Shown piece after piece: positions 52,565 through 64,000 of a stretch of DNA of 64,000 nt (position 1 is its first letter; the number at the start of each line of letters is the position of its first letter). Location: positions 10,416,001 through 10,480,000 of the forward strand of contig OU015567.1 in assembly GCA_907165135.1 (NCBI GenBank), in the 5' to 3' direction. A model generated the notes under the pieces. The model saw nothing but the letters and a program-made list of their open reading frames with translations, did no database searches and had not been told where the DNA came from. This DNA comes from Oikopleura dioica. Its lineage: Eukaryota > Animalia > Chordata. Made by a program: the position numbers and the translations under genes.

Positions 52565-52865
52565 AAAGTTTTCTCAGTTTTGAAAATTTTAAAGTTTTGA
52601 AAGTTTTTCACTTTGAAAAATTTTCAGTTTTGAAATTTTTTCAGTTTTAAAAATTTTTCAGTTTTGAAAGTTTTTCAGTTTTGAAAGTTTTTCAGTTTTG
52701 AAAGTTTTTCAGTTTTGAAAGTTTTTCAGTTTTGAAAAATTTTCAGTTTTGAAAGTTTTTCAGCCTTGAAAGTTTCTCAGTTTTGAAAGTTTTTCAGTTA
52801 TGAAAAATTTTAATTCTTGAAATTTTTTCAATTTTGAATTTTTTTCAGTATTGAAAGTTTTTCAT
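52565..52865 (-). repeat. Right subterminal 17-bp tandem array (~17 copies), inverted
   Basis: Reverse complement of the left array unit. Confidence 0.9.
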
Positions 52866-54200
52866 TTAAAAAAAAAATTCTTGAAAAAAATTCTTGAAAA
52901 AAATTTTTTTTTGAAAAATTTTCATCAGCAATGGTCAACCGGGCGGTTAACCACCCGGTTGGTTTTTCTTTCGGTCAAAAATGAATGCAGCATCGAAAAA
53001 TAAGTCGATTGGTATGTATATTTGCATATATACTGTACCTTGAGAAATGAACCGCGGTTTACCACGCGGTTAACCGGGTGGTTGGCCGCGGTTAAGGGGT
53101 CCGCCAAAAGCTTGAGTCCTGAGGATTCCAATGACGTCAAAATCTCCCGAAAAATAAGTTCCCTGGGGCTATTTAGGGGAGTTTGTAATTTTTCAATCGG
53201 GCCTATGAGTCATAATTTATGCCCCTAGGCAAAAAAATATTTTTCTAGCACAACTTTTACGCTCTTTCAGATGAGCACATAAAAAGGGGGGTCATTTTTT
53301 TGCCCGAAAATTTCTTATTGAAATTCGTCTTAGCCTGCCTCACCCGCGGGCGCTAGAAATATATGACGAATGCTTTCACGATGCGAATGGAATGTGTCTG
53401 ATGGGAGTAGCAAGAACCATCTTATCCCCAAAGGTGAGAAAATTCAACGTCTATGAAACTTGCGAATGGTATATTTTTTATTTCGTGACGTATAATTATC
53501 AACGTCAGACTACGATGTAAGTTATTAATAGCCTGTCTGGGTTTATAAAATCACACTCAGTGGCTTATTGTAATAAGCAGACATGGGGTAACGAGGCCTA
53601 TAAATATGGATACAAATTGATAGGTGTACAAGCGACGCTTGTTCAAAACGTCATAAAATATGGCTTCTGAAAAATTGTCAGAAGAGTTTATTGCTCAAAG
53701 AATATTGCCATTAAGAAATGGAAGATCTGCTCTGAACATGAGTTATCATATTTCTCCGGGAATAAGCTAGAAAAATATTTAAAACAAATTAAGACCGACT
53801 TTGACGCACGAGCAATCCAATTCCAGGGGCAGTAAGATAAATATTTTATTGTAACTGCTCATCGTTTGCGTCTTTTCTTTGCGATCGTATTTTTGGAGCA
53901 GCTAGCTGGGATCTGGAGTGATGATTTGCGTCAATGCACAGCATGAACCTTAAATCGATCTCAACAAGAGTAGAGTGGTTCAACGACGAATGTTCTTTGG
54001 GAACTAAAGGTCGTATTCGATTGATCGTTTTTGCTCGATTTCCGAACGAAAGAGCAGGGTGGGGAAAGGTCTACGGCACGGCACGGCACGGCACTGCGGC
54101 ACGGACACGGCACGGCACGTGCCGTGCCGTGCCGCTCCATTCAGTGAATTTCAGTTTGGACACGGCACGGTGCCGCGGCACTGGGGTTAAGGTGAGGCGC

Positions 54201-55569
54201 AGCCCCGTTCCTTGATTTTTAAATTTAGGGGGCTTGACGGCCCTTCGGGCCGTTTCAGCCCCGTTCCTTGATTTTTAAATTTAAGGGGCTTGACGGCCCT
54301 TCGGGCCGTTTCAGCCCCGTTCCTTGATTTTTAAATTTAAGGGGCTTGACGGCCCTTCGGGCCGTTTCAGCCCCGTTCCTTGATTTTTAAATTTAAGGGG
54401 CTTGACGGCCCTTCGGGCCGTTTCAGCCCCGTTCCTTGATTTTTAAATTTAAGGGGCTTGACGGCCCTTCGGGCCGTTTCAGCCCCGTTCCTTGATTTTT
54501 AAATTTAAGGGCTTGACGGCCCTTCGGGCCGTTTCAGCCCCGTTCCTTGATTTTTAAATTTAAGGGCTTGACGGCCCTTCGGGCCGTTTCAGCCCCGTTC
54601 CTTGATTTTTAAATTTAAGGGGCTTGACGGCCCTTCGGGCCGTTTCAGCCCCGTTCCTTGATTTTTAAATTTAAGGGGCTTGACGGCCCTTCGGGCCGTT
54701 TCAGCCCCGTTCCTTGATTTTTAAATTTAAGGGGCTTGACGGCCCTTCGGGCCGTTTCAGCCCCGTTCCTTGATTTTTAAATTTAAGGGGCTTGACGGCC
54801 CTTCGGGCCGTTTCAGCCCCGTTCCTTGATTTTTAAATTTAAGGGGCTTGACGGCCCTTCGGGCCGTTTCAGCCCCGTTCCTTGATTTTTAAATTTAAGG
54901 GGCTTGACGGCCCTTCGGGCCGTTTCAGCCCCGTTCCTTGATTTTTAAATTTAAGGGGCTTGACGGCCCTTCGGGCCGTTTCAGCCCCGTTCCTTGATTT
55001 TTAAATTTAAGGGGCTTGACGGCCCTTCGGGCCGTTTCAGCCCCGTTCCTTGATTTTTAAATTTAAGGGGCTTGACGGCCCTTCGGGCCGTTTCAGCCCC
55101 GTTCCTTGATTTTTAAATTTAAGGGGCTTGACGGCCCTTCGGGCCGTTTCAGCCCCGTTCCTTGATTTTTAAATTTAAGGGGCTTGACGGCCCTTCGGGC
55201 CGTTTCAGCCCCGTTCCTTGATTTTTAAATTTAAGGGGCTTGACGGCCCTTCGGGCCGTTTCAGCCCCGTTCCTTGATTTTTAAATTTAAGGGGCTTGAC
55301 GGCCCTTCGGGCCGTTTCAGCCCCGTTCCTTGATTTTTAAATTTAAGGGCTTGACGGCCCTTCGGGCCGTTTCAGCCCCGTTCCTTGATTTTTAAATTTA
55401 AGGGGCTTGACGGCCCTTCGGGCCGTTTCAGCCCCGTTCCTTGATTTTTAAATTTAAGGGGCTTGACGGCCCTTCGGGCCGTTTCAGCCCCGTTCCTTGA
55501 TTTTTAAATTTAAGGGGCTTGACGGCCCTTCGGGCCGTTTCAGCCCCGTTCCTTGATTTTTAAATTTAA
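54201..55569. repeat. 56-bp tandem satellite (~24.5 near-identical units), each with a GC-rich hairpin
   Basis: Unit AGCCCCGTTCCTTGATTTTTAAATTTAAGGGGCTTGACGGCCCTTCGGGCCGTTTC. Three units are 55 bp (G3 instead of G4). Confidence 0.97.
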
Positions 55570-56407
55570 GGGTGTCCCCAACGATCGAGGCCGAGACTGT
55601 CTAACTCGGTGACTCAAATTTTTCTTGTTATTTAGGAAATTCTGATTCCGAACCTTTTTTCAGATCTTCAATATCTTATCTATTTCTCGAGATATGACTT
55701 TTTCTATGAGCGCGATAATGCATTAGCCTTCGATAGAAATGCACTGTGAAAATGGCTATTTTGAAATTCTCAATTAAGTATGGCAAATTATATATCTTCT
55801 GAAAGCTTGAAAGATTTCCTTTCTGCTGATACCATTTTCAAAAAGATCCGATGAATTTTACTTATTGTAAGAGCGCGCCAAAACTCGAAAACACCTGCTC
55901 TTTGGCGCCGGAAAAGGGGATTAACCTACTTATCGGTGCACAATCTGAGCTCATGGGAGCCTTGTTGAAGGATCGAACTATGTTCAGACTGAAATTCGGA
56001 AAAATAATCAAGCGAGAAGAGCCTTAAAATTTGGTGTAAACTTTGTTTAAATCATCATTTTATATATTGTATATTTATATATGCATTTGATATAATTATA
56101 AAAAATCTGTCAAGATTAAAGCAGAGAGAAGTGTTTAAGCAACATTATTCTTTTCGAAATTTGAGATTTGAACGAGTAGATTTCGAGAAAAACGATCTCA
56201 AAGTTCCCCGAGATTACAGAAATCGAACTTCTTTGAAGCGGCGGTAGGGGATTAACGGATCAAAATCTACAAAATCGGTCTCGATTAATGCAGAAAGAAG
56301 CGTCCATATAATAATATTCAAATAGATTTTTCATGAAGAAACTATCCGATTAGTAGAATTATTAACTCAAAGTTGATCCTGTTTCAAAAAAATCGTTGGG
56401 GACACCC
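55570..56407. mobile_element. TTAA-targeting MITE (838 bp) with GGG termini (Kolobok-like by TSD and ends only)
   Basis: Perfect 16-bp TIR GGGTGTCCCCAACGAT. TTAA at 55566-55569 and 56408-56411. The satellite unit resumes (GGGGCTTGAC) after the element. Confidence 0.88.
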
Positions 56408-57813
56408 TTAAGGGGCTTGACAATGGCAGGGAACTCTTAGGTGATCAATTTCAGTTACTTCCCAAACCCCACCCACCCCCATTAACTGTTAAAATACAAT
56501 TTATCCAGGTTTTAATTCAAATTATGGTATTTATTCAGATTTCAAAAAAAAAAAATTTAAAATTTTTCGAAAATAATTTTTCACGAAATTTCTCGGTCGA
56601 TACCTACGTTGCAGACTAATTTATTAAATAAAATTATATTTATTTAGTTTTGAGTGTTTTTTACGAGAAAAAAAGGAAAAAACTGTGCCGTGCCGTGCTG
56701 TGCCGTGTCCCGCCACGCGTTCTTAATTTTTTTGCCGTGCCGTGCCGTCCCGCGGCACAGGAATTTTTGGTGTGCCGTGCCGTGCCGGTGCCGTTGAATT
56801 TTCTTAAGACATTCCCCACCGTGCGAAAGAGATGAGTAGGATGTGACCTTGATAACTGCCCTTGAAACTTGAAGTTCAAACCCGCCAGCAGATCTCATTC
56901 ATTGAATTCCAGTGACTCGATAACTTCTTTGCCTATTCATCAAGAATAAGCGCGCTCAGCCCACTCTTCTACGAGTTTCTACGGATCAAGCCTGATCATC
57001 AAGGCGTTGCTATAGCGGAAACGCATGAACTTTTTCGATCAAGCACACAAATATTTGAACTCAATTTGTGAACTTCAGTATCGAGCGATATCTTTTTCAA
57101 GGCTGAATATATTAAACTGAAGGTCGTTCTTTAGAGTTGATAGATGTTTCCTCTTATTGTAGAAACGACGTTGATTTAAACATCCGGTTACGAGTTTGCA
57201 TAGGCGCTATTTGTCTAAAACTGAAACGTCACTGGTGACGTTGGATGTTACGATTTTAATTTACTAGAGGGCTAAATCGTGGCAGTGATTTACACCCGGC
57301 TTATAAATTGCTCTCCGAATAGGACCATAAAACCTCATCGATTGCAACACAGACTTTTGAGAGCTCTGACAATCACCAAATTTTACTGTGGCTTATTAGA
57401 TTAATTAGCGTGTGCCGGGGAAGCGATTAATCAAAGTGATTATAAACCAGTAGGTGCCTTGGATAAAAGGAAAAGCCAGCGTCGCGACAAGTGATTGTTA
57501 TTGCCACAAGAAAAACTGGTCTTCTCGTGTCAAATCCCTTTATGATTGTGCTTGAGCCAGTTGGAAGATTCTGCACAGGTTATCCGACTGTTTAATCCTT
57601 CCTGCTCTCCTGGCTTTTTTTTTACCTTTTGGTAAAAATTCTGTAGAATTCTTGCTAGCACGATATTTTACATTGACGTAAATGAGAATTTATAATCATC
57701 AAATGATACAAATTGGAGAAGAATTCGCAGAACATGGAATTTTCCAGAACGACTTTTCGCTCTGAGACCGGAACATATGCTGTAAAGATTTTTTCAACGA
57801 AGTTTCGTCGACA

Positions 57814-58160
57814 TCAACTTCTGACAGAGGATACAAGATTTAATTCGGGATGAAGGATTCTTCCTTTTTCATTCCAGAAAACCCAGATAAACAATTTTGG
57901 AGATACTAATATAGTCCTCGTGATGAAAGAATTATTGACGTTCGCGACGAAATCCTTGAGTTCAAGAGCGACGTGTGCGTCGACGTCCTCATAAATCATG
58001 AAGAATCCAATGAGATTTTCCTCTAACGCACGACCGCAGTCCTCTGTTTGCCCTGGGAATTGATTTACCGTCTGTTCTCTTGAAAACTTTCAGACCCGAA
58101 TCTACTAGAGTGGTTTTGCGCAATAAAGGATTCATCTGGGCCCTCAAAAGGAAAAGTACT
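57814..58160 (-). CDS. Hypothetical small protein downstream of KIFAP3
   Basis: Protein-like frame ...EENLIGFFMIYEDVDAHVALELKDF...; start not found. Confidence 0.3.
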
Positions 58161-58285
58161 CCAGGTGAAAGTTTTTTAATTCGATTTTATCCTTTATTTG
58201 AGCTCTAAAAAACAAGACAACATTTATGAAAGTAGAAAAATAGAAAATTTAGTTTCGAGAAAAGGCTTCGTCGGTGAATTTGATT

Positions 58286-61200
58286 TTATCGGTAGTCGTG
58301 GGCCATCATTCCGTCATTGTACCATCCTGGATCTGCAGAGTTTTCCCTAATTGGCAAGAACGTAAGCGAAGAACTCGAAAGAAGAGCTTACCATCTCGAC
58401 TGGGGTCTAAAATCAGGATAAAAGTCCGGGGGCATTTGCTGATCTTCATCGTCCATGAAATACTCATCGTTGTCGTAAAGAAGCAGATCTGCCGGATGTC
58501 CATATTCTTCTTCTTCGTACGCTAGAGCTCCTTCTTGTGGCCCCTCAATCATTTCCAGCCATTGCGAATTATGCCACCGGAATTTTTCGAGTCTGACAGA
58601 GGGTTCCATAGGAATTACGTTTTGGTTACAGTCTCTTTTTATAAAAGGAATAAATTTATCGCCAGACCTCATAAAATTCATTCCTACAAATTTGATGCTC
58701 TGAAGGAGCAAAATCATGAAAACAATTGTTAAAATTTCAAGTCTGAAACCCGTTCCCTGACTTTTTCGCTCCATCCTTTGTCGAATTCTGAAATGATATC
58801 AAGCGTTGAGTCGCAGACAGCCCTAAAAACCTTCAATTCCATACAAATGAGAAGATACTAACCGAACTTGCGCGTTCGAATCATGCATAAGATCGACAAG
58901 ATATGCGGGCGCTGTCGTTGCCAGAAATTGGTCCCGGGTGACTTGATGAAAGGCAAGTTGGTAGAAGACATAGACGATCTGAAAGAGCGTTGATGGCGGT
59001 TAAAATATATTGAAAGAGAAGTTCTGTCGTCATCATCTGCGACAATTTTTAGCTTTCCGTCTCTAGCGCATAAATGCGCTATCCAAAATGATGCAATCAA
59101 ATTTCCGAAAAATAAAGTCGGCGACCTGTTCTCTCTTTACCTGGCAGACCATTTCGTCGTCTTCCTGTTTGGCTTTCAACAAATCTATCAGAATCTGTAC
59201 AAAGTTTTCTTTTCCTAAGAGCTTGGCGCATTGATCGTCCATTGCGGCGGTGCCAGTCAAAAGAACTGCTTCAAGTACAATATCGTCCGGAAGAGTAGTG
59301 TTCGTATCTAAAGAAGTATTATTGGAGAGACTTCCGAAGAGGGTCGGATTAGAATGGAAACCTCTTCACAAATAGCCATTATCAAATTTACTCTAAAAGG
59401 GGTGTGAGAAAAGAGCATGTGAGCCAACAAACGGTCTTACCCAGAGCATTTTTAAGCCATGTAACGAGATCGTATTCTTGAAGTACCAGGTTGTAATCGA
59501 TATTAGGCAGATTCAAGTTAGCAAGTGTTCCGATACATTCAATGGCAAAAGACTCGTCTGTTGATTGACAGTTGGACGCAATATTTCCAATATACGGCAG
59601 CATGGCTTCTTTGCAGCCCGTCTCATGAATAGACAGATTTCGGATAGCCTGAAGAAACAGTTTTAGACCTGAATAAACCGGGCAAATCTGCGAACTTATT
59701 GTCTGGGATTGTTGTCTTACTTTCAAAATTAATGCGTCTTTGGTTTTGAGCCCGCGTTTAATCAAGGACTTCAGCGTTTTTCCTTTGTTGTGTTTGAGTA
59801 ATAATTCAGCATTCGCCGGCGACAGTGCACAATTGATCAGCAAAGCTGACAGCTCCAGTGGAACCTCTCCGCGATCGTTTAGAACCTGGGTCACTAAGAG
59901 AGGAAACGCATCAGTGTATGAAAGTTGATTTCTTGGCTTTTCGTCCTTGGAGATTTGGTATAAAAGACATCTTGCGACTTGTCTTTGCGGAGTTGTTTCT
60001 ATTGCGGAAGCTAGTTTTGCTATCGGTGGTATTAGATGAGAGGCAGCAATCTGCGCCCTAAAGACTTTTAATTCCCTCCCTCTTAATTATTGCTTACAAA
60101 CCTTATCACCTTATCAAACGATAGATTCATCAATAGTCTGAGTGTTAGGTTAAGCGTGTCATTCGCTTTCGGATCACTGACAATCGGCAAAACGGCTCCC
60201 GCTACTTTTTGTTTCTTCATTTCGTCCTTGTTTTCCTTGAAAACGCTCATTCTTTGTAGCATCGAAAGAGCCAAGATCAAGACTGGCTCGGCTTGCCGGG
60301 TGATGATCACTTCCACAAGCGTTTTGATGATGCCCTTTATCCGCATTTTGAATTGGACATCTGGGTTTTCTGATAAATTCAAGAGCAAGTACAGCCCAAT
60401 CCGTAGTAATCCATCTTGCTTTCTTATTAAAGTTCGGTATCTTTTTTGTAGCTTCCTGAAGTCATCGGCGTCGCGGGACTTCTTCGTTGTGTCAAGTTCG
60501 GATTTCCATTTTTTCGCTCGTTTGAGTTCTTCTTCTATAATTGTCATACAAAGAGCCCCGATTTTGAAATGAGCAACGACTTGATGAAATTGACTGAAGT
60601 TGGAGAAGCAAAAGAAAATGTAGAGAATGTCTGAATTCGGAATGAGCGGCTTTTTGGGTGACATATATGACAAGAGACCGGATTACGGTTGGGATTTTGA
60701 AGTCGAGACTGCGATCAAAGAATTAAAACACTTTCACCTCTGTAGTCTCTATAAATAATCGAAGCGGTAATCTGAAGAGAATCGCATCAAATTAAAAATC
60801 TGTGACAGTAAAACCTCTGAGAAAACCTACACTAAAGCACCGTTTAGGTTCGTTTTAACGCAAACTAACTGTCATCCCGAATCTGAGCTAAGTTGCATTG
60901 ATTTATTCCAATCTTCTCTTAGAACTCGCGCCAAAGCGGTCAAGACCGTTTCTTTCGTCAACACTTCTTCGAGAAATTCAGGATTTCTTGTAAGTTGCAG
61001 AATCAGCTTGGCTCCGCGCTCTTTATCTTCTATCTCTTCGTACAGTAAATCGATGTAATTGTCAAGATCGTAAATATTCGCTTCTTCTGCATCAGGAGAT
61101 TCAGATAAGGACTTCGTATTGCTCGGACTATTTGATGATGTAACTGGCCTTGTTTGAAGGTAATACAGCAGCTGTTCGATTTCAGGAAGTCTGGTAGGGC

Positions 61201-61553
61201 TAACAAGAGGACATTTGGTAACGATATCCTCTGCCAATTGTCGCACATCGGTGTCCTTGGCAAGGCCTTCCAAGCGAATCACCTTGGTGCACTGACGAGG
61301 CTCAGTGGGAAACTCACGCCCGTTTGACGACAAGAGGATATTTACTTAGGATCGAGGTTCAGTGAGAGAAATAGCTTGATAAAGTGCATAAATTCTTTGA
61401 TGGGGATTTATCGGATACGGATATTGTTCACTAAGCACGAAATAAATTTTAAGAACCACTCCCTTCGTCGTAGTCTATCACAAGAGCGGTCTGAGTTGGA
61501 TGGACGTCCAAAGAGGCGTTTATTACCTCCTTTCTGATTATTCTTTCATCCAT
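58286..61553 (-). CDS. KIFAP3: Kinesin-associated protein 3 (KAP3)
   Basis: LDVHPTQTALVI, IEQLLYYLQ, ARVLREDW, YIFFCFSNFSQFH, LLLNLSE, QEDDEMVCQ, LMHDKN and EKFRWHNSQWLEMI. ATG directly after TTCAG|A. Confidence 0.95.
60635..60882. mobile_element. 248-bp short-TIR element forming a non-canonical KIFAP3 intron
   Basis: TIR ATTCGG(A/G)ATGA (10 of 11 match). Flanking direct repeat CTGA at 60631-60634 and 60883-60886. Confidence 0.7.
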
Positions 61554-61667
61554 TCTGAATTTGTTTTTCTTCAAAACGCTGGTCAAAGTTTGACCGTCAA
61601 ACATAAAAACAATGAACGGTAAACCACAGAATTGTTTCTTTTTTGAATTTTATTTTGGAATGTGAGA

Positions 61668-63750
61668 TCAGCCAGTCTCAGCATGAGGACTTTCAAATTC
61701 CATCGAAAAAGTATCGACCATTTCGGTGCTGCCATCTCCTTCGAGCCTTTCACTCCACTTTTCAAGACTCAATGCAAGCGGATTGAACTCATCAAACTCT
61801 TTGTTTGTTCGCTGGAAAACTAAACATATAATTTAATCGACGTTTGTACGTTTTCCAAATGATCATCAATCGAAACAAAAGGTCTTATCCCAAAAACGTG
61901 CGAAAACACTGGATTGAAATCATGGAAGACAAAAGTCAGCGCCAATACACAGAGAGCTGTGTAAATACTGTAAGTCAGGGATTTACGGTAATTGACGCAA
62001 TTGATTGATGGCTTACCTTTTCTTTGACTATCCAAGAAAGGAACATAACGCCGGTTTGTAAGCGTTGCGGCGTATCGTTTGTTCAATTCGTCCTGAAGAT
62101 TCGGCGAGACGACATCGTCTGCTTCTCTTTCGATTTCGTCGAGTAACTCAACAAGAAGAGCACTAGAATGGATTATCAAAGTATTTTACTAAGAAAGGAG
62201 ACCTTGTCGCAATATTCAGTCGTGGCAATGTCTTATTTTTGCGACTAGAGAGTGCCCCCAAATATCTGTATATCTCAGGAATATCCACTTCAGCTTGCTT
62301 TGGAACACCAGCAATTTCTCTCTCCTCTCGAGCGAGTTTAACCTCTCGATTTCGTCCATCCTCGAATTCCACCTCTTCTGCCTTGTCAGAAAAGAAACTC
62401 TCGAACGCATCATGATGCTTTTCTACTATCGCCTTCATTTCTGCATCGTGGCCAAATATGCTCTTGAATAGTTCGTTCCACAAGAACGAAGCCGAGTGCT
62501 TTTCTGGGTCCGTTATTTTTTCATTCTCTTTTATCTGCATCAAAGTTGAACTAACTGCTGCTTTGATTTGTCTGCCGGATTTGGTTGTGAGCTGTCGCTG
62601 GATCTTCATTGTTTGGCGCTCGCTAAGACCATATATTCCTTGTCGCGGTTTTTCCGTGAAACAAGATAAATTTCACTCGGAGGAGAAATAAATAAAAAAA
62701 AACCTTTCCTATATGATCTGCCTTTGCTCTCATGGAGTCCAGAATATCAGTTAAAGTAGACAATTCCGCCTCTGTCCAGCTTGTTTCACCTAATTCAGGG
62801 TTTCCAAGAGTCTCGCTGAAATTCATGTTCGCTTGCTCTGAATCTGTTCCAAAAGTGGCCAATGGGCCAAGCTCTCTGTCAACGAGTATTCTCTTGGGAA
62901 CGATGTAGCGATTCTGTATCGCCGGTCGTTTTCGGACAACTCTATTTTTACGCTGCGTGGGGCGCTGTATTGATTTGCCGAGGCCAGATGGGCCAGGTGC
63001 TTCCTCGTCGGTTGATGGAATTTCAGCATCGATCTCGGAATCACTTTCGCTCGAGCTTGAAAACAAGAGATTTTTTTTTCAAATACTACTGCTCAAAATA
63101 CCTCGAGATTCCCGGAAGATTGGCACGAGAGTCTTCACGCTTATTTCCCTTAGAATCAGTCTTTCTTTCATCCCATTCTCCCTCAGATTCTGACGAAAAT
63201 TCTGATTCTTCATCGGAAGTGAGCCCCGTGGCATCCTTGTAAACAACGTTCGAGATTTTCTGTGCTTCATCTTTCTTTCCTGCTTCTTTTCCGGTTTGTG
63301 TTTTGCCTCTTTGCGGCGCTTTCTTTTTTGGACTGTTCTTAGCTACTGTAACAGTTCTTAGCTTTTTGTCGGGAACTTTGGGAGATTTCTTGGCTGGAAC
63401 TTTAGGTTTGGTTTTTGCTGGAACTCGAAGGGATTTTTTAGCTGTTTTTATTTTTCTTGCTTTTGTTGGCCGCTTTGAGTTCGAATTCGAAGCTGGTTTG
63501 TTCGTTACTTTCTAAAAATACTTGTAATCTGAGAAACTCTTATTTTCTATCTCTTTCAACTAAACTCTTTAGATCTACGACGAACCTTCTTTGTCTGGAC
63601 ATTCTTCGTCTTTTCTACTTCCTTCTCCTGCTTGACTATCGTACAACTCCTTCTACTTCTACCAGAGTCCATATACTGCGCCCTCAACTCAAGCAGGTCC
63701 TTATCAATCACTTCCTTTGCCATTCTTCAAAGAACACAAAATGAACATCA
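61668..63750 (-). CDS. SNAPC2: SNAPC2-like protein with Lys-rich N-terminal region (5' end not resolved)
   Basis: SWTEAELSTL (Myb-like), VDIPEIYRYL...ESALLVELL (cf. recalled VDFEKIYKYL...ESAVVLDLL), and final-exon FNPLALSLE. Confidence 0.55.
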
Positions 63751-64000
63751 TGCTTTACAAAAATAAATGTATTATCTATAAAAAATATCAGAAAATGAGA
63801 TAAATGTGGATGTACAGACTATAGTTTTATGTGAATTTTTCTTTCGTCGGCGACTTTGACGAGCTCTTTCGTAACTGATAATTGTGATCTTATAGGCGGC
63901 AACGGTTTGACTGTCGACGAGACGATACGTTTTCGGAAGTCACCGACGGAGATTTTCTCTTGACTCGTTTTCTTGTGCGTTTTTATCGCTCGCAAGGGCG

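Larger units (their letters stand above)
48383..53329 (+). mobile_element. Autonomous-looking DNA transposon, Sola2-like DDE transposase, long TIRs, TTA TSD
   Basis: Near-identical ~470-bp unique TIRs starting GACGAATTTCAATAAG, extended by inverted 17-bp arrays. TTA at 48380-48382 and 53330-53332. Internal transposase gene. Confidence 0.85.
54055..56823. mobile_element. Composite non-autonomous hAT element (2.77 kb) carrying a satellite and a nested MITE
   Basis: TIR CAGGGTGGGGAA / TTCCCCACCGTG. 8-bp TSD CGAAAGAG at 54047-54054 and 56824-56831. (CGGCA)n and (TGCCG)n subterminal repeats. Confidence 0.9.

Noticed and set aside
48513-53228. Mirror-image short ORFs (48513-48746, 52925-53140, 53022-53228)
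   Set aside because: They lie inside the transposon TIRs and have no protein-like features.
54201-55569. CRISPR-like array
   Set aside because: The units are contiguous and identical with no unique spacers, the context is eukaryotic, and there are no cas genes.

Overview
Compact, intron-rich eukaryotic DNA. The 40-50-nt introns, tightly packed co-directional genes with splice acceptors just before the ATGs, and Ty3/gypsy LTR element point to a larvacean tunicate, most likely Oikopleura (inference). Host genes: a giant Cys-rich type-I membrane/coiled-coil protein; kelch-like genes; a minus-strand operon-like run (atlastin, POLR3H, PPTC7, XRCC3-like, DPP8/9, unknown); a ZP-domain protein; a Thr-rich mucin-like protein; a divergent FoxO-like factor that the ORF track missed; DUSP11-like; an intronless AGC-like kinase; KIFAP3; and a SNAPC2-like gene. 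Mobile DNA: a full-length gypsy element with identical 256-bp LTRs, a 4.9-kb Sola2-like DNA transposon with long TIRs and a spliced transposase, three CAGGGTGG-ended hAT non-autonomous elements with 8-bp TSDs, further MITEs, and a 56-bp hairpin satellite. The most notable signal is two TIR elements sitting inside conserved coding sequence (DPP8/9 and KIFAP3). Their TSD/TIR ends supply in-frame splice sites, so they are candidate transposon-born introns (introner-like). Many ORFs are broken by indels (mostly single-base) at homopolymer runs, most likely assembly errors. There are two 500-N gaps.
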